From assembly GCA_035642975.1 (NCBI GenBank), contig DASQRI010000141.1, positions 1 to 46,189 on the forward strand: a DNA stretch of 46,189 nucleotides, read 5' to 3'. The translations under genes were made by a program, and so were the position numbers. Source of the DNA: Mycobacterium sp. Lineage in GTDB: Bacteria > Actinomycetota > Actinomycetes > Mycobacteriales > Mycobacteriaceae. The notes below the pieces were generated by a model. That model was not told the DNA's origin. It did no database searches and saw nothing but the letters and a program-made list of their open reading frames with translations. This document shows positions 9,584-22,789 of the stretch, piece by piece. The first letter of the stretch is position 1. The number at the start of each line of letters is the position of its first letter.

Positions 9584-10617
9584 CCGGTGGCCTGCATGTA
9601 GATCTTGGTGATGCTGCCGGAGCTTTTGTCGAACAGTTGCGGATCAACAGTGTCCCAACCACCGAGATCAGCGATCGTCCACAATTTGTCCGGCGCCGGG
9701 AACTGACCGCGGACATCGGCGGCGACGGCCGGCTCGACCGGCCGGAAACCGGCCGCTGCCCAAAGTTTCTGGGCCTGGGCGGTGTACTGGAAGTTCTTGA
9801 ACGCAGTGGCGGCATCCAGGTGAGCGCTGCTGGTCACCACCGCAACGGGGTTTTCAATCTTGAAGGTCTGCGGCGGGAGGACGTGGATGACCGGTTTGCC
9901 TTGACGTTCGGTGGCGATCGCCTCGTTCTCGTAACTGATCAGCACGTCACCACTGCCCTGCACGAACACATCGGTGGCCTCGCGTCCCGATCCGGGGCGC
10001 AGTTTGACGTGCTGGCCGATCAACTTGTTGATGAAGTCGATGCCGGCATTCGGATCGTGGCCACCGTTGCTCTTGACGGCGTACGGCGCCAGCAGATTCC
10101 ACTTCGCCGATCCCGAACTGAGTGGGCTGGGTGTGATGACTTCCACGCCGGGTCGCAATAGATCGTCCCAGTCTTTGATGTTCTTGGGATTTCCGGGCCG
10201 CACCACCAAGCTCACCACCGATCCGAACGGGATGCCTTTGGTGGCGTCTTTATCCCAGTCGCCGGATACTTTGCCCGCCTTGACCAGTCGGGCGACGTCG
10301 GGTTCGACGGAGAAGTTAACGATATCGGCGGGTTTGCCGTCGACGACACCGCGGGACTGGTCACCCGAGGCGCCGTAAGAGGTGATCACCTGCACGCTCT
10401 TGCCGTCCGGGGAGGCGTTGAACGCTGGAATCACTTTGCTCCAGCCGGGTTCCGGGGCCGAATAGGCGACCAGCGTGATGCTCGTGTGCGCGTTGGCCGG
10501 GCCGCCGCCGCCGACGACGTCACTGGCACCGCCATGACAAGCCGCGATCACGCTCGCAACGGCAGTCAACGTGACGACATGCCGCCAACCCACGGCACCC
10601 CTGGCGTCGGCGAGCAA
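9580..10617 (-). CDS. subI: Sulfate-binding lipoprotein
   Basis: Lipobox IAAC; SYGASGDQSR, SSGSAKWN and YENEA motifs; SD GAAAGG before the TTG start. Confidence 0.93.
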   Translation of the reverse strand: MLADARGAVGWRHVVTLTAVASVIAACHGGASDVVGGGGPANAHTSITLVAYSAPEPGWSKVIPAFNASPDGKSVQVITSYGASGDQSRGVVDGKPADIVNFSVEPDVARLVKAGKVSGDWDKDATKGIPFGSVVSLVVRPGNPKNIKDWDDLLRPGVEVITPSPLSSGSAKWNLLAPYAVKSNGGHDPNAGIDFINKLIGQHVKLRPGSGREATDVFVQGSGDVLISYENEAIATERQGKPVIHVLPPQTFKIENPVAVVTSSAHLDAATAFKNFQYTAQAQKLWAAAGFRPVEPAVAADVRGQFPAPDKLWTIADLGGWDTVDPQLFDKSSGSITKIYMQATG

Positions 10618-10698
10618 TTATCGACCTTTCGGTGTCGGGCTTGACAGCTGACGAATCCCGTCGCGAGGAAAAGCGAATTTCAGCGCGCGGGTAAAAGG

Positions 10699-10791
10699 TC
10701 AGCGACAACAATGCACGTCAGCAACAGCGCAATCGCCGACGGCAATGAGCGTCAAGACATGACACTCGGTGTTGCCGGAGGCTGCGTGCAT
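10699..10791 (-). CDS. Leaderless Cys-rich leader peptide of the subI-cysTWA operon, Ms4533A-like
   Basis: ATG 10791 gives MHAASGNTECHVLTLIAVGDCAVADVHCCR*. -10 TAGGCT (10803-10798) lies 6 nt before the ATG. Confidence 0.85.
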   Translation of the reverse strand: MHAASGNTECHVLTLIAVGDCAVADVHCCR

Positions 10792-10840
10792 GGCCGAAGC
10801 CTAACAGAATCCGCTGGACCTGCAGCTGGGCCGACGCAGG

Positions 10841-10936
10841 TCAGCGCGTCATCAACCAGGCGACGATCACCAGCACCACCAGCGCGACCAGCACCAACGT
10901 CACCCGTGATCGCGGCATGCCGGTTTTGCTGCTCAT
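10841..10936 (-). CDS. Small single-pass membrane peptide (31 aa)
   Basis: MSSKTGMPRSRVTLVLVALVVLVIVAWLMTR; ATGA overlap with the upstream small gene. Confidence 0.6.
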   Translation of the reverse strand: MSSKTGMPRSRVTLVLVALVVLVIVAWLMTR

Positions 10937-11127
10937 CCGGGTTCTTCGTCGCGGTGCCGGACGCGCCGCATCAGCTGGATCCCGCGACCCAGCACTGCGT
11001 CCAGCGCTACCGCGATGAGGTAGGCCAACGCCAACACCACCGGCATCACCACGATGGTCTGCAACACGAACCCCAGCCCCGACAGCCACAACTCGACGCC
11101 GTCCCACCAGCTGAGGATCCCGTTCAC
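10933..11127 (-). CDS. Small conserved membrane protein, Rv2401A-like
   Basis: WWDGVELWLSGLGFVLQT...hydrophobic helix; syntenic position next to subI. Confidence 0.75.
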   Translation of the reverse strand: MNGILSWWDGVELWLSGLGFVLQTIVVMPVVLALAYLIAVALDAVLGRGIQLMRRVRHRDEEPG

Positions 11128-11179
11128 GGGCTCACCCTATTCCGCGCGGCCAACGAAGCCAACATGCCAAGATCGGCGC

Positions 11180-12406
11180 ATGCCCCCAACGCCCGATGAA
11201 TGCACCTGCGTCATTGCCGGCGGCGGGCCGGCCGGGATGATGCTTGGTTTGCTGCTGGCCCGCGGCGGCGTCGACGTCACAGTGATGGAGAAGCACGCCG
11301 ATTTCCTGCGCGATTTCCGCGGCGACACGGTGCACGCCAGCACGCTGCGCCTGCTCGACGAGCTCGGCCTGGGCCAGCAGTTCGCCGAACTTCCGCATCG
11401 CGTCATCACCTCCGCCCGCATGCAGATCCAAGGAGTCCCGCTCGACATCGATTTCGGCCGGGTCCCGGGGGTGCACAAACACGTGGCGTTGGTGCCGCAA
11501 TGGGATCTCCTCGAGTTGCTGGCCGCCGCTGCCAAAACCGAGCCCAGTTTCCGGTTGTTACGCAGCACCGAGGCGGTCGGCGTCATCCGGGACGGGGATC
11601 GGGTGATCGGGGTGACATATCGGGGTCCGGATGGGCAGACCCGGGAAATGCGCACCGTGCTGGCGGTCGCCTGTGACGGCCGGTCCTCGACGCTGCGCGC
11701 AGCGACCGGTTTGGTGCCGCACGGTTTCGGCGCACCGATGGACGTGTGGTGGTTCCGGTTGCCGCGCCGACCCGACGATCCGCCCGGGCTTGCCGGCGTG
11801 CTGGACACTGGACGGGCCACGATCACGATCGACCGAGGTGACTACTACCAAATCGCCTACATCATCCCGAAGGGATCCGACGCCGAACTGCGAGCGCAGG
11901 GAATCGATACGCTGCGCAGCAATTTGGTGAGCATGGTCCCTTGGCTGGCCGACCGGGTCGGTGCGTTGACATCTTTCGATGACGTGAAACTGCTTGATGT
12001 GCAACTCAATCGGCTGCGCCGCTGGTATTGCGACGGGCTGTTGTGCATTGGAGATGCCGCACACGCGATGTCACCGGTCGGAGGTGTCGGTATCAACCTG
12101 GCCGTGGCCGACGCGGTTGCCGCTGCGCGGATTCTGGCCAAACCACTGCGGGTCGGCCGGGTTACCACACGGCAGTTGGCACGGGTTCAGGTGCGCCGCT
12201 GGATACCGGCGGCGATTCTGCAAGCGCTGCAACGGATGATCCACGCCAAACTGATCGCGGCTGCGGTGGGCGCTGACGGCATTGACCGCCAGCCGCCGCG
12301 TGGGGTGCAGCGGGTCAGCCACATCCGGTTGTTGCGGCAGCTGGCCGGATACCTGGTGGCAATCGGTCCGCTGCCCGAGCATGCGCCCAAATTTGCGCGG
12401 CGCTAG
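11180..12406 (+). CDS. FAD-dependent oxidoreductase/monooxygenase (UbiH-like)
   Basis: GGGPAG, ACDGRSS and IGDAAHAMSPVGGVGIN motifs; probable start ATG 11180. Confidence 0.88.
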   Translation: MPPTPDECTCVIAGGGPAGMMLGLLLARGGVDVTVMEKHADFLRDFRGDTVHASTLRLLDELGLGQQFAELPHRVITSARMQIQGVPLDIDFGRVPGVHKHVALVPQWDLLELLAAAAKTEPSFRLLRSTEAVGVIRDGDRVIGVTYRGPDGQTREMRTVLAVACDGRSSTLRAATGLVPHGFGAPMDVWWFRLPRRPDDPPGLAGVLDTGRATITIDRGDYYQIAYIIPKGSDAELRAQGIDTLRSNLVSMVPWLADRVGALTSFDDVKLLDVQLNRLRRWYCDGLLCIGDAAHAMSPVGGVGINLAVADAVAAARILAKPLRVGRVTTRQLARVQVRRWIPAAILQALQRMIHAKLIAAAVGADGIDRQPPRGVQRVSHIRLLRQLAGYLVAIGPLPEHAPKFARR

Positions 12407-13161
12407 CTTAATTCGCTGACGTTATCCATCATCGCGTGGGCGACGTCGACGGCGCTGGTGTCCGGGTTGGCCGATCCCGGGTCGGAAGCGCGCCGGTCGC
12501 CGAAGAAGACCACCTCGACCTCAACGATGCAGTTGAACCGGACACCGACGACACGCGCCTGTGGCGTGGACTGCAGGGCCGGCATGTTGGGCAATTCCGC
12601 TGTCGCGGTATTCGTTGCCGCAACAATGGAATCGGCGACGCGGACGTCGTCGATAGAGGTCGTCGTTTTGATCGGGCCGGTTTGTTCTGTCGTCGTCGTG
12701 CCCTTGCACCGCTGCCACTGCTCCGGGAACTTCGCGAACAGTGCCTGGGCCTGCGCCGCCGAGGGCAGCGTTGCCACGCCCTCGATCACGCTGATCACTT
12801 GGGCCGGATCGCCGTTATTCCACCACGTTTCCCACATCACGTCTTTAACGTCGGCGGCCTGGTAGACGCTGCTTTGCAGCATCGCCGTCACGCCCAGGCA
12901 ACCGGCTGGTGACCCCGAGCTGTCGATGTCGCCGAGTTTGTCCGGGCCGCCGACGACGGGAGGCTGACGGTTCACAAAAGGCTGGTCGAGCATCCGCGAC
13001 AACGCCGCGCCGTCGAGTGGCACCTGCCGGATGATGGGACCGGTAAGCGGTCGCGGCTTCAGATTCGGCGCCGGCTTCGGCGTGCCGCCGACAACCGGGC
13101 CACAGCCCACCGCCAACGCTGCGACCACTGTCAAAGCCGTCGCCGCTCCAGCTATCCGCAT
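12403..13161 (-). CDS. Lipoprotein with PknH-like extracellular domain (LppR-like)
   Basis: Signal peptide plus lipobox LAVGC; conserved Cys pattern; ATG 2 nt after the stop of the orphan lepA 3' copy. Confidence 0.8.
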   Translation of the reverse strand: MRIAGAATALTVVAALAVGCGPVVGGTPKPAPNLKPRPLTGPIIRQVPLDGAALSRMLDQPFVNRQPPVVGGPDKLGDIDSSGSPAGCLGVTAMLQSSVYQAADVKDVMWETWWNNGDPAQVISVIEGVATLPSAAQAQALFAKFPEQWQRCKGTTTTEQTGPIKTTTSIDDVRVADSIVAATNTATAELPNMPALQSTPQARVVGVRFNCIVEVEVVFFGDRRASDPGSANPDTSAVDVAHAMMDNVSELS

Positions 13162-13163
13162 GG

Positions 13164-13332
13164 TTAATTTTTTCCCTTGTCCCCCGCGGCGTCGGTGGAC
13201 AGCGCGGCGACGAACGCTTCCTGTGGCACGTCGACCCGACCGATGGTCTTCATCCGCTTCTTGCCTTCCTCCTGCTTCTCCAGCAGTTTGCGCTTACGGG
13301 TGATGTCACCGCCGTAGCACTTCGACAGCACG
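13164..13332 (-). pseudogene. lepA: Orphaned copy of the lepA 3' end (left boundary repeat of the cob island)
   Basis: Translates [55 protein letters not shown]. Aligns without gaps to 27897-28065, 151/169 identical by hand count. Confidence 0.93.
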
Positions 13333-13419
13333 CCGCCAGCAGCCTGCGATGGGTAACAACCTACCGTTGTTGCGACGGCTGGCCGGAGACCGAGCCGGCC
13401 ACTGGCCGTAGCATTCCAC

Positions 13420-13425
13420 TAAACT
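13420..13425 (+). promoter_or_regulatory. Putative SigA -10 element for the riboswitch-cobN transcript
   Basis: TAAACT (TANNNT) about 11 nt before the first riboswitch stem. Confidence 0.5.
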
Positions 13426-13436
13426 GACCCGCGCAC

Positions 13437-13540
13437 GTCTCGTGACGACAGGAACCCGGTAAAAGTCCGGGGCGGTTCCGCCACTGTGAGGGCCTTGGTC
13501 TCCAGCCAGCGGGCCTGAGCCAGACACTGGCCACGAGACA
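13437..13540 (+). ncRNA. Cobalamin (B12) riboswitch
   Basis: Core AGGAACCCGGTAAAAGTCCGGGGCGGTTCCGCCACTGTGA (13450-13489), B12 box GAGCCAGACAC (13517-13527), closing stem GTCTCGTG (13437-13444)/CACGAGAC (13532-13539). Directly upstream of cobN. Confidence 0.92.
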
Positions 13541-13578
13541 CTCCGCCGGACGGGGCGAGAACCCCGGGGAGGAACCCC

Positions 13579-17176
<3,598 letters not shown>

Positions 17177-17184
<8 letters not shown>

Positions 17185-17947
17185 GTCGGTCCGGATACGC
17201 ATCCTGGGCGTCGGCATGGGGCCTCAGCATGTGACGCCGGAAGTGGCCGCCGCGCTGCGGTCGGTCGACTATGTGCTGGCCGCGGACAAGGCGGCCGACG
17301 ATGGCGACGACGGCTTGCTGGCGTTGCGGCGTGCGATCGTCGATGCGCATGCCGACGGCGCGGTACAGGTCGTCGAGGTCAGCGACCCGCAGCGCGACCG
17401 CTCGGCGGGGCTGACCGAAGAGGGTTACCAGAGCGCGGTCGCCGATTGGCACGACGCCCGCGCGGCCGCCTATGCCGACGTGCTGCGCGAGCGCGGTGGC
17501 ACTGCGGCGTTCCTGGTCTTGGGCGACCCATCGCTCTACGACTCGACCATCCGAGTAGTACAGAAGATCGAAAAGCTTGGCTTGTCAGTTGAATTCGACG
17601 TGTTGCCGGGGATCAGCGCTCCGCAACTGCTCGCCGCACGGCACCGCATCGTCCTGCATGAGGTCGGACGCCCCGTCCACGTCACGACCGGCCGCAGGCT
17701 GCGGGGGGCCGTCGCTACCGGGCAGGGCAATATCGTCGCCATGTTGAACCCACCCCCGCACCGCCTCGACCTCACCGGCCTGGACGACTGGGCGGTGTGG
17801 TGGGGCGCCAATCTCGGCGCCGCCGGTGAGCGGCTGGTCGCGGGGCGACTCGGTGACGTCGTCGGGCAGATCGCCGACGCGCGTGCACAGGCTCGCAGCG
17901 AGGCAGGCTGGGTGATGGATGTCTTCTTGTTCAGGAAGCACGAGTGA
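17177..17947 (+). CDS. cobF: Precorrin-6A synthase (deacetylating)
   Basis: GTG 17177 overlaps the cobN end. [41 protein letters not shown] and GWVMD motifs. Confidence 0.88.
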
Positions 17948-18702
17948 CGTCACTGCGGGTGCTGCTGCTGGGCGGGACGTCGGAGGCCCGCGCACTCGCC
18001 GCGAAGCTGGTGGACGACGGTGTCGACGTGACGAGCTCACTGGCCGGCCGGGTCGTCCGGCCGCGACTACCGGTCGGGTCGGTGCGGATCGGCGGGTTCG
18101 GCGGAATCGCAGGACTACGACAGGCATTGGCCGACTTCGACGCCGTGATCGATGCCACCCATCCCTTCTCCGCAACGATCTCCGCGAACGCCGCATCCGC
18201 CTGCGCCGACGAAGCGCGGCCGCTGCTGCGATTGGAGCGGCCGGGCTGGGCCGAACGGGCACGGCCGTCGTGGCATTGGGTGAATACGCACCGCGACGCG
18301 GCCGAGCACGCGCGAAAGCTGGGCACCCGACCGCTGCTCACCGTGGGTCGCCAGAAGCTGGCGGAGTTCGTAGCGGCGCTCGGCGACTTGGCGGTGCTCG
18401 CACGAGTCGTCGACGAGCCGGAGTTCGTGCTGCCGCCGGTGTGGCGGCTGATCAACGACCGCGGACCCTACGCCCTGCCGGGCGAGTTGGCACTGCTGCG
18501 CGAGCACCGAGCCGACGTGTTGGTCACCAAGGATTCAGGTGGCGAGTACACCTGGCCGAAGATGCAGGCCGCCGAAGAGTTGGGAATTCCGGTCGTCATC
18601 GTGCGCCGGCCCGCCCTTCAACCCGGCGTATCGGTGGTGTCAGGCCTCGACGATGCCGTCGAATGGCTACGGGCACAGGCTAACTCGCGGCAGCTTTCCT
18701 AG
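17944..18702 (+). CDS. cobK: Precorrin-6X reductase
   Basis: [27 protein letters not shown] motifs. Confidence 0.94.
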   Translation: MTSLRVLLLGGTSEARALAAKLVDDGVDVTSSLAGRVVRPRLPVGSVRIGGFGGIAGLRQALADFDAVIDATHPFSATISANAASACADEARPLLRLERPGWAERARPSWHWVNTHRDAAEHARKLGTRPLLTVGRQKLAEFVAALGDLAVLARVVDEPEFVLPPVWRLINDRGPYALPGELALLREHRADVLVTKDSGGEYTWPKMQAAEELGIPVVIVRRPALQPGVSVVSGLDDAVEWLRAQANSRQLS

Positions 18703-18707
18703 GACGC

Positions 18708-20075
18708 TCACCCGCGAGGTGCTCGAGTAGCGTGCCGGTGGACTGCTCGCGCGAATCGCTGGGCGAGAGCGGGGTGGCCGGCCCAATGCGTGTGCAGGTA
18801 AGACGCGTGCAGCGTCGGCGTCGCGAAACCCTCGGGGCCCGAGGGCAGGTGCCACGCTGCTCGACCGTCAGTCGGGGTGACGCTCGTGCGGTGGAATTCA
18901 TGCCCCGTGACCTGATCGCCCGCTTCGGTGAGTAAAGAATCGGCGCGGCTGGTGACGGTTCGGTAGCCGAGGGTCAACCGCGAGGTCATCGCCGCGTCGA
19001 TAGGCACCGCTCCGACCATGGGTGTTCCATCCAGGGTGCGGCACAAGTAGAGCAGCCCCGCGCATTCGGCGACCGTCGGGATGCCCGCGGTGACGGCCGC
19101 GCGCAATTCGGCTATCAAGCAACGGTTCTCGGCAAGCTCGGCGGCGTGCACTTCGGGGAAGCCGCCGCCGAGATACATGCCGGCGGTCCTCGGGGGTAGG
19201 GCCGGGTCGACGAGCGGATCGAATTCGACCACCTCGCATCCGGCGGCACGCAGGAGCTCTTCGGTTTCGGCGTACCGGAAGGTGAACGCGCGACCACCCG
19301 CCATCGCAATAACGGGCCGGGCGCTGGTCGGGGCTTGAATCTCTTTCGTTGCGTCCCAAGCTGTTCCGGGCAGCGGTCCGGCATCACCGGCGAGGTGGAG
19401 CACGGCGTCGAGGTCCACGTGCGCGGCGATGACGTCTGCCATGCGCACCAAGGTGGCGGCCGACTCGACGCGTTCGGCGGCGGGCACCAGGCCCAGGTGG
19501 CGTGACGGGGTCTCGACGCCGTCGTCGCGGGGCAGGACGCCGAGCACCGGAATGTCAGTCTGGGCAAGCGCGTCCCGGACCTCGTCGGCGTGCCGCGCGC
19601 TGCCCGCCTTGTTGAGGATCACGCCCGCGATGCGCACCGAGGGGTCAAACGCCGCAAGGCCGGCGACGACTGCCGCATGAGTGCGCGACGCGTGCGAGAT
19701 GTCAACGACGAGCAGCACCGGGGACGCCGTCAGGGCGGCGACGTGGGCGGTGGACGCTTCCCCGGCGGTTCCGAGTCGGCCGTCGAACAGGCCCATGACG
19801 CCTTCGATGACGGCAATGTCCGCCGACTTGGCGCCGTGCAGTAACAGCGCGACGATGCGGTCTTCGCCGACCAGGAACGGGTCGAGGTTGCGGCCCGGCC
19901 GTCCGGTGGCCAGCGCGTGATAGCCGGGGTCGATGAAGTCGGGCCCAACCTTGTGGCCGGATACCGTCAAGCCGCGACCGGCCAGGGCAGCCATCAATCC
20001 GGTTGCGATAGTGGTCTTTCCGTGCCCGGATGCCGGCGCGGCGATGACGAGGCGGGGAAGCCCGGCGGCTACCAC
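18708..20075 (-). CDS. cobB: Cobyrinate/hydrogenobyrinate a,c-diamide synthase
   Basis: SGHGKTT, GPDFIDP, EGVMGLFDG, PSRHLGL, AECAG, GHEFH, SYLHTH motifs; start GTG 20075. Confidence 0.94.
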   Translation of the reverse strand: MVAAGLPRLVIAAPASGHGKTTIATGLMAALAGRGLTVSGHKVGPDFIDPGYHALATGRPGRNLDPFLVGEDRIVALLLHGAKSADIAVIEGVMGLFDGRLGTAGEASTAHVAALTASPVLLVVDISHASRTHAAVVAGLAAFDPSVRIAGVILNKAGSARHADEVRDALAQTDIPVLGVLPRDDGVETPSRHLGLVPAAERVESAATLVRMADVIAAHVDLDAVLHLAGDAGPLPGTAWDATKEIQAPTSARPVIAMAGGRAFTFRYAETEELLRAAGCEVVEFDPLVDPALPPRTAGMYLGGGFPEVHAAELAENRCLIAELRAAVTAGIPTVAECAGLLYLCRTLDGTPMVGAVPIDAAMTSRLTLGYRTVTSRADSLLTEAGDQVTGHEFHRTSVTPTDGRAAWHLPSGPEGFATPTLHASYLHTHWAGHPALAQRFARAVHRHATRAPRG

Positions 20076-20683
20076 TCGATGCCTCGCTGGCCCTTCTGGC
20101 CGGCGTCCATCGGGTGCTTCACCTTGGTCATCTCGGTGACGAGGTCGGCGATGTCGATCAGCCGCGCATCGGCGCCGCGGCCGGTCAGCACGACGTGTTG
20201 GTGGCCGGGTCGGGCGGCGAGGGTCTCGGTGACGTCGGCGATATCGACCCATCCCCAGTTGATCGGGTAGGTGAACTCGTCGAGCACGTAGAGGTCGTGG
20301 GTTTGGGCGGCGAGGCGTCGCTTAATTTCGGCCCAGCCGGCCGCCGCGGCCTGTGCATGGTCGACCTCGGCGCCCGCCTTGCGGCTCCACGACCAGCCCG
20401 ACCCCATCTTGTGCCACTCGACGGGGCCACCCTCACCTGTCTCGGTGTGCAGCGCGCCCAGGCGCTCCAGCACGGTCTGCTCACCGATGCGCCATTTGGC
20501 CGACTTGACGAACTGGAACACTCCGATGCGGAACCCTTGATTCCACCCGCGCAGTGCCAGCCCGAAGGCGGCGGTGGACTTTCCCTTGCCGTCACCGGTG
20601 TGCACGATCAGCAGGGGTCGATTGCGGCGCTGGCGCGTTGTGAGCTCGTCGTCGGGCACGACGAGAACCCGACCCTGTGGCAT
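20069..20683 (-). CDS. cobO: Cob(I)yrinate a,c-diamide adenosyltransferase
   Basis: TGDGKGKSTAAFG, QFVKS, LDE, LTGR, KHP...GIEW motifs. Confidence 0.95.
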   Translation of the reverse strand: MPQGRVLVVPDDELTTRQRRNRPLLIVHTGDGKGKSTAAFGLALRGWNQGFRIGVFQFVKSAKWRIGEQTVLERLGALHTETGEGGPVEWHKMGSGWSWSRKAGAEVDHAQAAAAGWAEIKRRLAAQTHDLYVLDEFTYPINWGWVDIADVTETLAARPGHQHVVLTGRGADARLIDIADLVTEMTKVKHPMDAGQKGQRGIEW

Positions 20684-22680
20684 CAGGCCGCTCCGGGCGT
20701 TGCGCCGCGCACGATGTCAGCCAGCGCTTCGGCGTTCACGTGACCAAGCGGTACGTGCTCGGCATTCAGATGTTGAGCCAGTGTCGCGGCCAGACCCATT
20801 CGCATCCGTCCACGTTCGCAGTCGACGACGACGCAGCCGAGTCCTTCGTTCGCCAGGTACGCCGCGGCCTGCCGGGACCGTTCGAGAGCGTCCGGCCCCG
20901 CCGTCGCGCGACCGTCGGTGACGATGACGAGCAGCGGCCGCCGGCTCGGGTCGCGCAGCCGTTCGCGCCGCACCACCTCGGCCGCCTTCATCAGGCCTTC
21001 GGCGAGCGGAGTCCGCCCTCCGGCGGGCAGGTCGTCTAGTCTCTTAGCCGCAATGTCGATCGAACCGGTTGGGGGAAGGGCGATCTCGGCGCTGCGGTCC
21101 CGAAAGGTGACGACGCCGACCCGGTCACGTCGCCGGTAGGCATCGAGCAAGAGCGACACGATGGCCGTCTTGACTTGCTGCATCCGTTCGCGGGCAGCCA
21201 TGGATCCCGAGGTGTCGACGACGAATATCACCAGGTTGGCCTCGCGTCCCTCGCGGACGGCCCGACGCAGATCGTTGGGCCGCAACAGAAGCCGGCCGCT
21301 GCTGCGGCCCCGAGCAGCCTGGTTTGGTACGGCGGCCCGCACCGTCTCGACGAGATGGATGCCGGAACCGGTACTTGACAGCGGGCTGGCCCCGGTGCGG
21401 CGACCTGTCGTCGTGCGGGCGCGGCTGCGACGACCGGCCTGCCCATCCCCCACCCCGCGGACCGTGAAAAGCCTTGTCCGGTAAGGCTCGCCGGCACTGA
21501 CCGGTGCGCGGTCTGCTGGTGCAGCGCGCGGATCCGGCTGGCCGCCGGCCCCTGGGGGCGGCGGCTCCGGTGTGTCGTCGCCGTCCTGCCCCCCACCGGG
21601 GTCGTCGGGATCGGTGTCGGGATCCGGCCCGTCGTCGGTGTCCGGATGCAAGAGTTCGTCGAGTTCGTCCTCGTTGAGGCCGGGGGCGTCGAAGGGATTG
21701 CGCCGACGTCGGTGTGGGAGAGCGAGTCTGGCAGCGGCGCGCAGATCGTCGACGTTTACTTCTTCGCGGTCGTGCCACGCGGCGTGAGCGGCGGCGGCCC
21801 GTGCCGTGACGATGTCGGCTCGCATGCCGTCGACGCCTGCCGCCGAGCAGACTTCGGCGATCTTGAGCAGTATTGCGTCAGTGAGCCGCACGCCGGCCAG
21901 GATCGACTGCGCCTGTTGAATTCGGCGGCGAAGCCGTTCTTCGGCGTTCGCGTAGTGAGTTCGGAAGCCCGGTGGATCCGCGTCGAACAACAGTCGTCGG
22001 CGCACGACCTCGGCACGCTGTGCCGGGTCCCGTGGTGCGGCCGCCTCGACGGTCAGGCCGAAGCGGTCGAGCAGCTGCGGCCGCAGCTCGCCCTCCTCGG
22101 GATTCATCGTCCCGACGAGCACGAACTTCGCCGAGTGGCTGACCGATATGCCGTCGCGCTCCACGGTCACGGTTCCCATCGCGGCCGCGTCGAGTAGCAG
22201 GTCGACCAGGTGATCGTGCAGCAGGTTGACTTCGTCGACGTACAGGATGCCGCGATGCGCCTTGGCCAGCAGACCCGGCTCGAAGTTCACGGCGCCGTCG
22301 CTCAGCGCCTGCTGGAGATCAATCGAACCCGCCACTCGGTCTTCCGTGGCGCCGATGGGCAGCTCGACCAGCTGCACCGGCCGGGTTTCCACGGGTGCGT
22401 CGGGGTCGAACGGGCCGTCAGGTGACAGCGAGTTCGGTTCGGCCGGGTCCGTGGAGAACCGGTCCCCGGCGATGACGTCGATCGGCGGCAGTATTCGGGT
22501 GAGTGCACGCACCATCGTTGACTTCGCGGTGCCCTTCTCGCCGCGCACCAGCACGCCGCCGATACCGGGATCGATGACGCTGAGAATGAGCGCCAAGGCC
22601 ATTTCGTCGAGCCCGCCGGGGGCGTCGGGATCGCCGCCGAGGACGGCGGGAAACGGGTACAGCCGATCAGTCGGGTGCAT
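20683..22680 (-). CDS. Magnesium-chelatase-like AAA+/vWA fusion (ChlI/ChlD type), probable CobN partner
   Basis: GEKGTAKST, LYVDEVNLL, LLDRFG, acidic/Pro linker, vWA DTSGSM, GGRTPLA, TDG; start ATG 22680. Confidence 0.9.
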   Translation of the reverse strand: MHPTDRLYPFPAVLGGDPDAPGGLDEMALALILSVIDPGIGGVLVRGEKGTAKSTMVRALTRILPPIDVIAGDRFSTDPAEPNSLSPDGPFDPDAPVETRPVQLVELPIGATEDRVAGSIDLQQALSDGAVNFEPGLLAKAHRGILYVDEVNLLHDHLVDLLLDAAAMGTVTVERDGISVSHSAKFVLVGTMNPEEGELRPQLLDRFGLTVEAAAPRDPAQRAEVVRRRLLFDADPPGFRTHYANAEERLRRRIQQAQSILAGVRLTDAILLKIAEVCSAAGVDGMRADIVTARAAAAHAAWHDREEVNVDDLRAAARLALPHRRRRNPFDAPGLNEDELDELLHPDTDDGPDPDTDPDDPGGGQDGDDTPEPPPPGAGGQPDPRAAPADRAPVSAGEPYRTRLFTVRGVGDGQAGRRSRARTTTGRRTGASPLSSTGSGIHLVETVRAAVPNQAARGRSSGRLLLRPNDLRRAVREGREANLVIFVVDTSGSMAARERMQQVKTAIVSLLLDAYRRRDRVGVVTFRDRSAEIALPPTGSIDIAAKRLDDLPAGGRTPLAEGLMKAAEVVRRERLRDPSRRPLLVIVTDGRATAGPDALERSRQAAAYLANEGLGCVVVDCERGRMRMGLAATLAQHLNAEHVPLGHVNAEALADIVRGATPGAA

Positions 22681-22789
22681 GCTGAGGCTCCGCTCGTGTT
22701 TGCCGTCGGTTTCCCCGATCGAGCCCGCTGCGCCAGATGGGACGACGGTTCGCGGGGCGCCCCGCGCGATTTGCGCTAGCATCGCCGCC

